A stretch of DNA of 44,509 nucleotides, from the NCBI GenBank assembly GCA_028817855.1, contig JAPPOT010000104.1:1-44509 (forward strand), written 5' to 3'. Both the position numbers and the translations under genes were made by a program. Shown here piece by piece: positions 9,374 through 18,307 of this stretch. The first letter of the stretch is position 1. Every line of letters starts with the position of its first letter. The notes under the pieces are model-generated. The model saw only the letters and a program-made list of their open reading frames with translations, did no database searches and was not told the DNA's origin. This stretch comes from Myxococcales bacterium (GTDB lineage: Bacteria > Myxococcota_A > Polyangia > Polyangiales > JAFGIB01).

Positions 9374-10926
9374 GCCGCAGAAGACAACGCGCCACCCTCA
9401 GCCGCCGCGGCTTCCTGCGGGGCGTGGGCGGCATCGCCCTGTCCCTACCCTGGCTCGAGCAGCTGCACGGGGTGGCCGCAGCCCAGAGCAGCGGTGGCGG
9501 ACCGCGACGCGTGATCACGGTCGCCTACCCGATGGGCATCGCGGGCGGCGAGTGGCGGCCCTCGAACGTGGGCACCGGCTTCACGCTGCCGTACACGACG
9601 GCGCCGCTTTCGCCCTTCCAGGATCGCTGCCTCTTCGTCTCGACGATCGACAACCGCATGCTCGAGGCCGGCGGTCAGGCCTTCCCCTTCGGCCACCCCG
9701 CCAAGAAGGAAGCGTGCCTGACCGGCACGCTGACGACCGGCGCCTTCCCGACCACCAACACCAACCACGTCTCGGAGGTCCGCAGCGACGCCGAGCCCAC
9801 CGGCGGCGCCAACGGCCCCTCCGTGGACCACGTGATCGGGGAGTTCTACCGCCAGAACCACGCCTTCCCCTCGATCAACCTCGGGGTCGATGGCGCCGCG
9901 GTGCGCTTCCCGGCGGGCTCGACGCAGAACAGCGACTTCTTCTTCGAGGGTCGCGGCAACGCGGTCACGATGGACGTCTTCCCGAGCACCGCCTTCGACA
10001 AGTACTTCGCCGACGTGCAGGTCGACGACAACGGCCCGAGCGAGGCGGACCTGGCGATGCAGCGCCTGCGCGCGCGCAACCGCAGCGTGCTCGACGCGGT
10101 GCGCGAGAGCTTCACCGATCTCTCGCGCGGGCTGGGCCGCGACGACCGCATGCGCCTCGAGGAGCACGCCTCGCGCATCCGCCAGCTCGAGCTGGACGTG
10201 CGCATCAGCGAGGGCTGCACGATCCCGACTGGCATCGACAACAGCGTCACCAGCTACCAGGGCGTGAGCATGGACGAGCTCGCCCCGCTCCACAATCGCA
10301 TCCTGGCCCATGCCATGGCCTGCGACCTGGCCCCCGTGGGACGGCTGGAGTACCTAAACCAACAGAACCCGCGCTTCGGGCTCGCGGAGCTCGACAGCAC
10401 GCTCGACGCCGCCGGCGACTACGACTGGCACGGCATGGTGCACGGCGACGCCCTGCCCGGCACCAGCGCCTTCCTGCGCCCGGGCCGCGGCGCCGAGACC
10501 GGCTACGACGGCCGCCTGCTCGACGGCTACCGCTTCTTCGTGCAGCAGTTCGCCGACCTGCTCAGCGAGCTCGACAGCATCCAGGAGGGCCCGGACACCA
10601 CGGTGCTCGACAACTCCCTGGTGATCCTGGCCTCGGACCTGGGCGAGGGGCTGGGCCACGGCCACATGAAGATGGGCTACGTCGTCGCCGGCAACCTGGG
10701 CGGCGCCCGCACCGGCTACCACTTCGATTCCGGCCCCAACCAGCCCTACGAGATCGGCGGCGGCTACTTCTACGCCGACTCCGCCTACAACGTGAACCAG
10801 CTGCTCAACAGCATCCTCGACATGGCCGGGGTCACCGACGAGGGCGGTGCGCCCGTCACGATCGGCCTGGGCGGCTACCTCGAGCAGGTCGGCCGCCCCC
10901 GCCGCATCGACGGCCTCTTCGGCTGA
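9370..10926 (+). CDS. DUF1552-domain protein, Tat-exported
   Basis: SRRGFLRG..LSLPWLE twin-arginine signal, SVDHVIG, SVLDAV, RLEEH..IRQLE, TVLDNS; ATGA overlap with the upstream gene. Confidence 0.88.
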   Translation: MSRRRQRATLSRRGFLRGVGGIALSLPWLEQLHGVAAAQSSGGGPRRVITVAYPMGIAGGEWRPSNVGTGFTLPYTTAPLSPFQDRCLFVSTIDNRMLEAGGQAFPFGHPAKKEACLTGTLTTGAFPTTNTNHVSEVRSDAEPTGGANGPSVDHVIGEFYRQNHAFPSINLGVDGAAVRFPAGSTQNSDFFFEGRGNAVTMDVFPSTAFDKYFADVQVDDNGPSEADLAMQRLRARNRSVLDAVRESFTDLSRGLGRDDRMRLEEHASRIRQLELDVRISEGCTIPTGIDNSVTSYQGVSMDELAPLHNRILAHAMACDLAPVGRLEYLNQQNPRFGLAELDSTLDAAGDYDWHGMVHGDALPGTSAFLRPGRGAETGYDGRLLDGYRFFVQQFADLLSELDSIQEGPDTTVLDNSLVILASDLGEGLGHGHMKMGYVVAGNLGGARTGYHFDSGPNQPYEIGGGYFYADSAYNVNQLLNSILDMAGVTDEGGAPVTIGLGGYLEQVGRPRRIDGLFG

Positions 10927-10948
10927 CCCTGACCCGCGAGAGCGCGGC

Positions 10949-11538
10949 TCAGGGCTCGATGATGTCGACGTCGGCGAGCGTTCCGGCCGCGTCGAAGACG
11001 ACGTAGGTCCCGGCCTCGCCGTGACGATCGCCCACGACCCCCTGCTCGCTCGAGGTCATCCACTGCCAGACCTCCGTGCCCTTGTTGCACTTCTGCTCGT
11101 AGCGGCCGAGCAGGGAGGGGCACATCGCGCGTGCTGTCGGCTCGCCCATGCGCTGACGGACGTCGTCCTTCGTCATCACGCCAACGCCAGACATCAGCCC
11201 CATGGCGGCATCGACCTGTGCGCTGGTCGCTCTCCCTCGCACGAGCTTGCCAGCATGAAGGCGTTGAGCAGGCCGTTGCGGAACTCCAACCAGAGCAGCC
11301 GGTAACAGTCGCCGGTGATGCTCTGCTTCAGCTCGCCGTACCGGGCATGCAAGAACTGACCATCCGGCGTGGTGCGCTTCGACTTCTCGTGCTCCTCGCC
11401 GAAGATCTCCTCGAACTCACTCTCCTGCAGCTTACCGATCTCCAGCCGGTCGGCGTGCTTGAGATTGAGCTCGTTTGCGAACGTGCACGCCGCCATCAGC
11501 AGCGCGCAGGCGGGTGGCGCCCATCGTGTCACGGTCAC
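10949..11538 (-). pseudogene. Frameshifted paralog of the adjacent BamE/SmpA-like lipoprotein
   Basis: The N-part (ORF 11194..11682, ..LLMAA-C..ASSCEGE) and C-part (ORF 10949..11242, TSAQVDAA..RMGEP..) align end to end with 11535..12140; one base is missing near 11229; GTGA overlap with the upstream stop. Confidence 0.75.
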
Positions 11539-12140
11539 TCCTCCACCGATTGAATGTCGATCAGCAGGCCGTCCCCGTCGAAGGCCGCACGGATCGCGAC
11601 CAGGGGTTCCGGTTCCTCGCCGATGGGTGTCGGTGCCGGTGCGGTCATCCAGAACCAGAGCTCGCGCGCACCTTCGTCGCACGGTCGCTCGTCGGGCTCG
11701 AGCACCGTGGGACAGAGCAGCTCACCACTCGGCTCCCCCATGCGCTTGCGCGCATCTCCCTTGGCCGCGAGTCCCAGCTGGTTCCCGAGCTCCACTGCGC
11801 CTTGCACGTCCGCGGTGGTCTTCTGTTCTTCGCAGGAGCTCGCGGACAGGAAGCCATTGAGCACCCCGTCCAGGAACTCGAGCTGCAGGCGCCGCATGCA
11901 GTGACCCGCAAAGCCCTCCCGCACGTGCTGATACTCCGCGTGCACGTATGATCCGGCCGGCGTCGTACGTCGACTGGTGTCATACGGCTCGCCGAAGAGC
12001 GCAAGCGCGCGGTCGGCTGACGTCTTGCCGGGCTGGAGCTTGTCGATGTGCTCCAAGCTGACCTTGTGCGTGCACCCCGCCAGCACGAGCACCGTGATCG
12101 CGCAGGCGCCGCCCCGCAGCCATCCCCCCAGTCGTCGCAT
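11535..12140 (-). CDS. Lipoprotein with two BamE/SmpA-OmlA-like repeats
   Basis: VLVLAG-C lipobox; LQPGKTSADRALALFGEP and KGDARKRMGEP, each followed by a strand-F-x-x-G-L motif. Confidence 0.7.
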   Translation of the reverse strand: MRRLGGWLRGGACAITVLVLAGCTHKVSLEHIDKLQPGKTSADRALALFGEPYDTSRRTTPAGSYVHAEYQHVREGFAGHCMRRLQLEFLDGVLNGFLSASSCEEQKTTADVQGAVELGNQLGLAAKGDARKRMGEPSGELLCPTVLEPDERPCDEGARELWFWMTAPAPTPIGEEPEPLVAIRAAFDGDGLLIDIQSVEE

Positions 12141-12285
12141 GCGAGAGATACTAGCGCACGGGACGGCGGAGGGCACCCAAGGCACCCGCACACCAACGAC
12201 CTGGCCACGACTCGGCTGACGTGGAGGGTTGGAGGGGCCGCTGCCGCCCCAACGCGCGTGGCGACAGCGGCCCCGAGACGCGCCC

Positions 12286-14019
12286 CTACTCGGCCCCCTC
12301 GCCGGGTATCTGGAAGAGTGCGCCCAAGTTGATCGATCCGTGCTCCGCCGGATCCTGGGGATCGGTGGTCAGCGGGTTGCCCGGATTCAGGTTGGAGGCC
12401 GTGTCGTCGGGTGGGAAGAGGACCAGCGAACCGAGGAAGGCCAGCACGGCCCGGCGGTCGGAGTCCGAAAGTCCGGCGAAGCGGTCGCGCACTTCGGCAG
12501 CCTCGCCCCCGTGCCGCAGGATCACTTCCTCGAGGTTGATGCTGCGGCCGTCGTGTCCGTAGGGCGCCGTCGTGCCCACGCCCCACAGGGGCTCGGTCAC
12601 GAACTCGGTGACGATCGAGCCGTCGTACTCGCGCTCGTGGAAGGCGGCCCCCAGATCGTGGCGCTTGAGGTCGCTGAAGATGTTCTCGACCACGAAGGAC
12701 TGCTCCTGCGGGAGCAGCTGGGGGAAGGGGTCGGCGTCTTCGATCACGTCGAAGCGGGTCGTCGCGGTGGCGAAGAGCCGGTTGAAGATGCCGTTGACCG
12801 GGTCGTGCACGGTCTCCACGTCGGCCACGCGGCGGTCACGGTCGATGGTGAGGTTCTGGATGTGGCAGCTGGTGCACCCGATCTCCTCCATCACCGCCAG
12901 CCCCTGATCGGTCTCGGCATCGGTGCGACCGCGGCCGGGCTTGAAGTAGTTGAGCAGGTAGAACTCCATGTGGTCGATCAGCGCAGGGTCGAGCTCGGCC
13001 GCGATGCCATCGCCGTCGCCATCCTCCAGCGCGTCGCAGACCGGCGGGCGCTCGAAGGTGTCGAGGGTTGGATCGAAGAGCATTCCCGCCGCCGACATCG
13101 CCACCTGCGGGTCGTCGGAGTCGGTGACGGCGCACAGGATCGGGTCCGCCGCCTCGAGACCCATCTCGGCCTTGAACGCACCGATCACGAACTCGCGAAT
13201 GGAAATCGTGCTGCCCTCCGCGAAGAAGGGTCGCACGCGCAGGTCTTCGTCGATGCCTTCCAGCTCCGAGAAGTCCACGGTCCCGTCGGGGAAGGCGGTG
13301 ATGCTGCCAAACTCGACGCCCTTCGCGCCCAGCACCCGCGTGACCGGCCCGGGCTCACCGCAGGGCTCGGGCTCCGGGGTCTCGCACACGATCGGCGGAC
13401 AGAAGAGCCCAAGGAGCTGACACAGGAAGCCCGGCTCGGACTGGTAGTCGCAGACCTCCTCCGGCGGATCTTCGTCGCACGGCACACCGGTCTCCGCCTC
13501 GACCAGCGCATCGGCCAGATCGCCGCGCAGCTCGGCGGTCATCTCATCCGCGAGCATCTCGACCAGACCGAGCCCGAAGAGATGCGGCGCGTCGCGGCTG
13601 TCCGGCCGCGTCACGACGTCACCGCCGAAGCCCGCCGCACCGCGCGGTCGACCGTGGCAGCCCGCACAGCTGTCGACCATGCCCGCGCCGAGTGCGCGCA
13701 TCTGCATGATGTCGCCCTCGCTGGTGGGGTTGACGCGCGGCCCGAAGCCCTGGGCCTGGGTGAACTTGCGCTGGAAGAGCTGCCGCCCGCGACGCACGGA
13801 GCGCGCCGGATCGCGCTTGATGAGATACACGGAAGACCCCGGCATCATGACATCGCCCTGACCGGCGCCGACCTGTTGTTCCAACGACTTGCCGATCTGC
13901 CCGCCGGCAATCGATGGGCTCGTCTGTGTGCTGTCGGTCAGCTGCGCATGCGCGCTCGTCACACCCAGGCAGAGAACAGCGATCGCGACGATTGAAATTG
14001 TGGTTGTCGTGTTCCGCAT
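12286..14019 (-). CDS. Secreted di-heme oxidoreductase (DHOR)-family protein
   Basis: Signal peptide ending AHA-Q; SCAGCH and GCTSCH; RDAPHLFGLG, FSDLKRHDLG, TEPLWGVG..PYGHDGRS..EVILRHGGEA. Confidence 0.88.
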   Translation of the reverse strand: MRNTTTTISIVAIAVLCLGVTSAHAQLTDSTQTSPSIAGGQIGKSLEQQVGAGQGDVMMPGSSVYLIKRDPARSVRRGRQLFQRKFTQAQGFGPRVNPTSEGDIMQMRALGAGMVDSCAGCHGRPRGAAGFGGDVVTRPDSRDAPHLFGLGLVEMLADEMTAELRGDLADALVEAETGVPCDEDPPEEVCDYQSEPGFLCQLLGLFCPPIVCETPEPEPCGEPGPVTRVLGAKGVEFGSITAFPDGTVDFSELEGIDEDLRVRPFFAEGSTISIREFVIGAFKAEMGLEAADPILCAVTDSDDPQVAMSAAGMLFDPTLDTFERPPVCDALEDGDGDGIAAELDPALIDHMEFYLLNYFKPGRGRTDAETDQGLAVMEEIGCTSCHIQNLTIDRDRRVADVETVHDPVNGIFNRLFATATTRFDVIEDADPFPQLLPQEQSFVVENIFSDLKRHDLGAAFHEREYDGSIVTEFVTEPLWGVGTTAPYGHDGRSINLEEVILRHGGEAAEVRDRFAGLSDSDRRAVLAFLGSLVLFPPDDTASNLNPGNPLTTDPQDPAEHGSINLGALFQIPGEGAE

Positions 14020-14246
14020 CGACTCACCCCTTTCACGTGGAGGAATCCCGCGAAAACACGGCTCGGTAAATCCGCCAGTTGTGGCGCAGCAGCCCCCCCT
14101 TCAGGGGTGCCACTCGACCGGGAACACCTTCCTGTGGGGCCTGCTATTGCGGGGTCGGGACCTGACTGTCGCGCAGACGAAGATCGTGGGAACGCACGAG
14201 CACGGTGTTACGTCGAAGCGCGCTCATCGCACATGATGCAGGCGCT

Positions 14247-14924
14247 TCAGGCGTCCGCGCCCCACGGTAGCTGCTGCCGGTCACAGGGCAGGCGGCCGGC
14301 ATGCTCCAGCAGAACGCGCAGGTACTCCGACTTGCTCTGCGCCCCCGTGCGGCGCCGCAGGTCGCTCTGGTACTCGTGCACGGTGTGCACGCTGAGCTCG
14401 AGCGCCTCTGCGATCTCCTGGTTCGAATAACCCCAAAGGTTGTAGTAGAGGAGCCGCGTCTGCTGCGGCGGTAGCTTCCAGAGGCGCTGCGCGCGCGCCG
14501 CGAGCCTGAGCAGATCTGGCATCGCACCTCCACGCGCGGCGAGCATCGCGAACATCAGCTCGTCCTCGGTGGCGCGGCTCGACACGAAGCTCGCACCGTT
14601 GTCGTAGATGGCTCGCAACAGCGCAGGGCCTGCAGCATCCGCGGTGATCAGCACGGAGCAGTCGGGAGACCGGTGCCTGAGCGTGCGTACCAGTGAGAAC
14701 GCTTGCACACCGGGGCCCTGTGCTTCGATCAGCGCCACCTCGAAGGGTGGATGCGGGAGCTCGAGCAAGCGCGACGCCGCGGCGACGCTCGGACAGCGGC
14801 TCACGATGGTGCCGGCACGATTGAGGCAGGAGGCGAGCGCTTCTACATGTTGCGACTGGCCGGAAGCCACCAGAAGCACGCTCGTGTCTGCACAAAACCC
14901 TTCGAACCCGTCCCCCACCCTCAC
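14247..14924 (-). CDS. LuxR/NarL-type regulator with degenerate receiver domain
   Basis: GYSNQEIAEALELSVHTVHEYQSDLRRRTG LuxR HTH; REC-like N-terminus ending GASFV. Confidence 0.8.
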   Translation of the reverse strand: MRVGDGFEGFCADTSVLLVASGQSQHVEALASCLNRAGTIVSRCPSVAAASRLLELPHPPFEVALIEAQGPGVQAFSLVRTLRHRSPDCSVLITADAAGPALLRAIYDNGASFVSSRATEDELMFAMLAARGGAMPDLLRLAARAQRLWKLPPQQTRLLYYNLWGYSNQEIAEALELSVHTVHEYQSDLRRRTGAQSKSEYLRVLLEHAGRLPCDRQQLPWGADA

Positions 14925-15018
14925 CTCGAGTGCAACCTACGGTGGCGTACAAGCGTGTCAACCCGGCGACTTCCCCGGGTGGGCGCTTCCTCCTGTGGCC
15001 AGCGTCCGGCGCTCGGAA

Positions 15019-16086
15019 TCAGGCGCTTCGCGTGGGCGCGCGACGTGGCGCGCGCGCGAGCTCGATCGCCCACACGACGCCATAGCTCACGGCCCAGAGC
15101 AGGAGCACGTACGGAATCGTCTCGTGCATCTGCAGGTTGCCGCGCAGCGGACGCGCGGGCAGCCCGTAGCAGAAGGGGATGTGGAAGACGTAGGCGATCA
15201 GCGAGGCTCGCCCCAGCCGTGTCATCGCATCGCGACCGAGCTCGGGCAGGCGCGCCACGATCAGCGGTCCCACACCGATCAACACAAGGCCACGTGCTGC
15301 ATACCCGATCATGTTCGGAATACCGGCGGGGTGCACGTCGTCGAGTACACCGTCAGCGCCCAACATCGCGCGCGTGATTCCCTCACACACAAAGGCGACC
15401 GCCAGCGCCGCGAGCCCCGCCCCCGCGTAGACCGCATCGCGCGAGAAGCGCTTGCGCGCGCGCTCGATGACGTCGCAGACCACGAACCCGACGGTCGTCC
15501 ACGCGAGCATCGGAAGCAGCGGAAAGAGCGTGACCTCCGGTACGCGTACGAGCGGAGCGAGCAGGTAGCGCAGCGCCCCCCCGGGCGCGGGCACGAGCGC
15601 GTAGTACAGCGGCGCCAACAGCATCACGGCCAGCGAGAGACCGAGGGCACGCCGGGTGACGGCCGCAGCATCCACGGGGAGGGCGCGCGGGATGCAGAGC
15701 AGCGGCAGGACACCGATCGAGAGCCCGATCACGTGCAGCACGTCGGCGCGCAGGAACGTCTTGAGCCCCTGGTGGCCATCGATGGCGGCGTAGAGCGCGC
15801 TGGCGGCGTAGCCCCACAGGACGACCATCAGCCCGCGACGCGCGATCGATGCACGCACCGCCTCCGGGCGCTCACCGCGCACCTCCGCCGCACCGACGCG
15901 CAGGCGTAGGGCCATGCCGGCGAGCAGCATGAACGCCGGCAGCGGACTGGTCGCCACGACCCGTGTCCAATCGTAGGCCACAGTCTGCTTCGCCGCGGCG
16001 CTGGCCCAGCCGTGCGTGGCGTGCCCCTCGATCATGGCCAGGGCCGCCACGCCCCGGGCCCAGTCCACCGCGCGATCCCGCTCCAC
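15019..16086 (-). CDS. DUF1624/HGSNAT-like membrane acyltransferase domain protein
   Basis: RDRAVDWARGVA.LAMIEGH, PAFMLLAG, DVLHVIG, FPLLPM, LGRASLIAYVFH; multiple TM helices; start is approximate. Confidence 0.8.
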   Translation of the reverse strand: MERDRAVDWARGVAALAMIEGHATHGWASAAAKQTVAYDWTRVVATSPLPAFMLLAGMALRLRVGAAEVRGERPEAVRASIARRGLMVVLWGYAASALYAAIDGHQGLKTFLRADVLHVIGLSIGVLPLLCIPRALPVDAAAVTRRALGLSLAVMLLAPLYYALVPAPGGALRYLLAPLVRVPEVTLFPLLPMLAWTTVGFVVCDVIERARKRFSRDAVYAGAGLAALAVAFVCEGITRAMLGADGVLDDVHPAGIPNMIGYAARGLVLIGVGPLIVARLPELGRDAMTRLGRASLIAYVFHIPFCYGLPARPLRGNLQMHETIPYVLLLWAVSYGVVWAIELARAPRRAPTRSA

Positions 16087-16161
16087 GCACCCGTTGTAAC
16101 GTAGGCCCCGGAAGCGCACCATGGGAGCCATCGCGGTTGTTCCGGGGAGGGAGAGGTCGCG

Positions 16162-16371
16162 ATGAGCTGCTCCACAGACGGAGCCTCGGAGACGGTCGAG
16201 GACAATCGCGGGATCATCGGCGAGCGCCTGGCCGCACACAACGCCACCGTGCCTGGGCCGTCCAGCGAGGGCGGCTGCCGCACACCCGGAAGTGGGCGAA
16301 AACCGACCCCGCTGGCGGCGCCGCTGCTGGCGGGCGCGGTGCTCCTGCTCGTCGGGCGCAGGCGGCACTGA
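16162..16371 (+). CDS. Small MYXO-CTERM-like peptide or gene remnant
   Basis: C-terminus SEGGC-x10-LAAPLLAGAVLLLVG-RRRH; purine-rich RBS; in-frame TAG at 16102; no signal peptide. Confidence 0.5.
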   Translation: MSCSTDGASETVEDNRGIIGERLAAHNATVPGPSSEGGCRTPGSGRKPTPLAAPLLAGAVLLLVGRRRH

Positions 16372-16404
16372 CAGGAGCTGGCCCGTGGGTATACTGCGTC
16401 GGCG

Positions 16405-16830
16405 ATGGCCGAGCTGAAGACTCAGAAGAACAAGGCGAGCGTGAAGCAATTCGTCGACTCCGTGGCCGACGACAAGCGCCGCTCCGACTGCCGCGCAGTC
16501 ATGAAGGTGATGGCGGAGATCACGGGCAAGCGCCCAAAGATGTGGGGCAGCAGCCTGATCGGTTACGGCGCCTACACCTACGTGAACACCACCAAGAAGC
16601 CGGCCCAGTGGCCGGTGGTAGCGCTGTCGCCGCGCAAGAACGAGCTGACCGTCTACATCATGCCGGGCTTCGAGCCCTTCCAGCCGTTGATGGACAAGCT
16701 CGGCAAGTACCGCACGGGCAAGAGCTGCCTCTACATCAAGAAACTCGAGGACGTCCACATGCCGACGCTCAAGCAGCTGATCAAGCGCTCCGTCGCAGAG
16801 ATGAAGCGGCGCTACGAAGTGGACCTCTGA
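16405..16830 (+). CDS. DUF1801 (YdhG-like) domain protein
   Basis: MAELKTQKNKASV, PKMWGSSLIGYG, SPRKNELTVY, LGKYRTGKSCLYIKKLEDV. Confidence 0.88.
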   Translation: MAELKTQKNKASVKQFVDSVADDKRRSDCRAVMKVMAEITGKRPKMWGSSLIGYGAYTYVNTTKKPAQWPVVALSPRKNELTVYIMPGFEPFQPLMDKLGKYRTGKSCLYIKKLEDVHMPTLKQLIKRSVAEMKRRYEVDL

Positions 16831-16833
16831 GCG

Positions 16834-18282
16834 ATGGCGAGGCCTGACAAGGGCGGCATCGCGCTGCACTGGCAGATCATGATCGGGCTCGGAGCCGGAC
16901 TCATGGCCGGCGTGCTGGTCAACTGGCTCTGGACCGACGCCACCTGGCTGAGGCTCGGTGTCGGCGACCCCGACGCGTGGATGGCGAGCAAGGAGTCCGC
17001 CGACAACGTCAGCGCCGGCTTCGGCGCCCAGGCCGCGCGTTTCGTCGCCAACCTCAACGAATTCGTGGGCGCGCTCTTCATCCGCTCGCTCCGCTTCATC
17101 GCGGTTCCGATCGTGCTCTTCTCGCTGATCGAGGGGGCGAGCTCGCTCAACGACCTCAAGAAGCTCTCGCGCATCGGCGGCAAGACGATGGGCATCTACA
17201 TCGGCACCACGGCCGTGTCGATCAGCGTGGGCCTGTTCTTCGCCAATCTGGTCCGCCCTGGAACCATGGTCAGCACGGACGTGCGCGACCGCCTCGCGGG
17301 CCAGGGGGCGGAGGCCGCCGGCGAGAAGATCGCTGCGGCGCAGGCGCCCGACGTGTGGAGCACCTTCCTGAACATCGTGCCGACCAACCCCTTCGGCGCG
17401 CTGGCCGAGGGAAACATGCTCCAGGTCGTCTTCTTCGCGCTCGCGGTCGGCATCTCGCTGACGCTGGTGGCCGAGGAGAAGGCCAACGTGGTGATTCATG
17501 CGGCCTCCGCCATGACCGACGTGATCATCAAGCTCGTGCACGTGATCATGCTGGTGGCCCCCTACGCCGTGTTCGCCCTGATCGCCAAGGTGATCGCCCA
17601 ACTCGGCGCGGACGTGCTGCTCGCGCTCGCGGCCTACGCCGCGGTCGTGGTCGCGGGCCTGGCGACGATGGTCTTCGTGGTCTACCCGACGGCGCTCCGC
17701 GTGCTCACGCCGGTGCGCTACCGCCGCTTCTTCCGGGCCATCGCCCCGGCCCAGCTTCTGGCTTTCTCCAGCTCGTCGTCGTCCGCGACCCTGCCGGTGA
17801 CGATGGAGTGTGCCGAGGAGCGCCTCGGCATCAGCGAGGAGGTCGCCGCCTTCGCACTGCCGCTAGGCGCGACGATCAACATGGACGGCACCGCGCTCTA
17901 CCAGGGCGTCGCGGCCCTCTTCATCGCACAGCTCTACGGCATCGACCTGGACGTGGGCCAGCAGCTCACGATCGTGCTGACGGCGACGCTGGCCTCGATC
18001 GGCACCGCGGGCGTGCCGGGCGTGGGCCTCATCATGCTGGTGATCGTGCTGCAATCGGTGGGCATGCCCCAGGAGGTGATGGCAGGCGGCATCGCGATCA
18101 TCTTCGGCGTCGACCGCATCCTGGACATGTGCCGCACGGCCTGCAACGTGACCGGCGACTGCATGGTCGCCAGCTACGTCGCGGCCTCGGAAGACGCCCT
18201 GCTATCCGAGGAGGACGTCGAAGCGCGCCTGCAGCAGATGGCGCAGACCGGGCTCGACGAGCACCCGCTCGAAGAGGGCTGA
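16834..18282 (+). CDS. Dicarboxylate/amino acid:cation symporter (DAACS, GltP/GltT-like)
   Basis: NIVPTNPF, AFSSSSSSATLP, LPLGATINMDGTALY, SIGTAGVPG, DRILDMCRT.CNV.GD. Confidence 0.95.
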   Translation: MARPDKGGIALHWQIMIGLGAGLMAGVLVNWLWTDATWLRLGVGDPDAWMASKESADNVSAGFGAQAARFVANLNEFVGALFIRSLRFIAVPIVLFSLIEGASSLNDLKKLSRIGGKTMGIYIGTTAVSISVGLFFANLVRPGTMVSTDVRDRLAGQGAEAAGEKIAAAQAPDVWSTFLNIVPTNPFGALAEGNMLQVVFFALAVGISLTLVAEEKANVVIHAASAMTDVIIKLVHVIMLVAPYAVFALIAKVIAQLGADVLLALAAYAAVVVAGLATMVFVVYPTALRVLTPVRYRRFFRAIAPAQLLAFSSSSSSATLPVTMECAEERLGISEEVAAFALPLGATINMDGTALYQGVAALFIAQLYGIDLDVGQQLTIVLTATLASIGTAGVPGVGLIMLVIVLQSVGMPQEVMAGGIAIIFGVDRILDMCRTACNVTGDCMVASYVAASEDALLSEEDVEARLQQMAQTGLDEHPLEEG

Positions 18283-18307
18283 GCGACTCGGGCGTGCCGC
18301 GGTGATG

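Noticed and set aside
14020-14246. Riboswitch in the DHOR leader (also considered for 28267-28505)
   Set aside because: Only short hairpins and no recognisable aptamer consensus; an Rfam/Infernal scan would be needed
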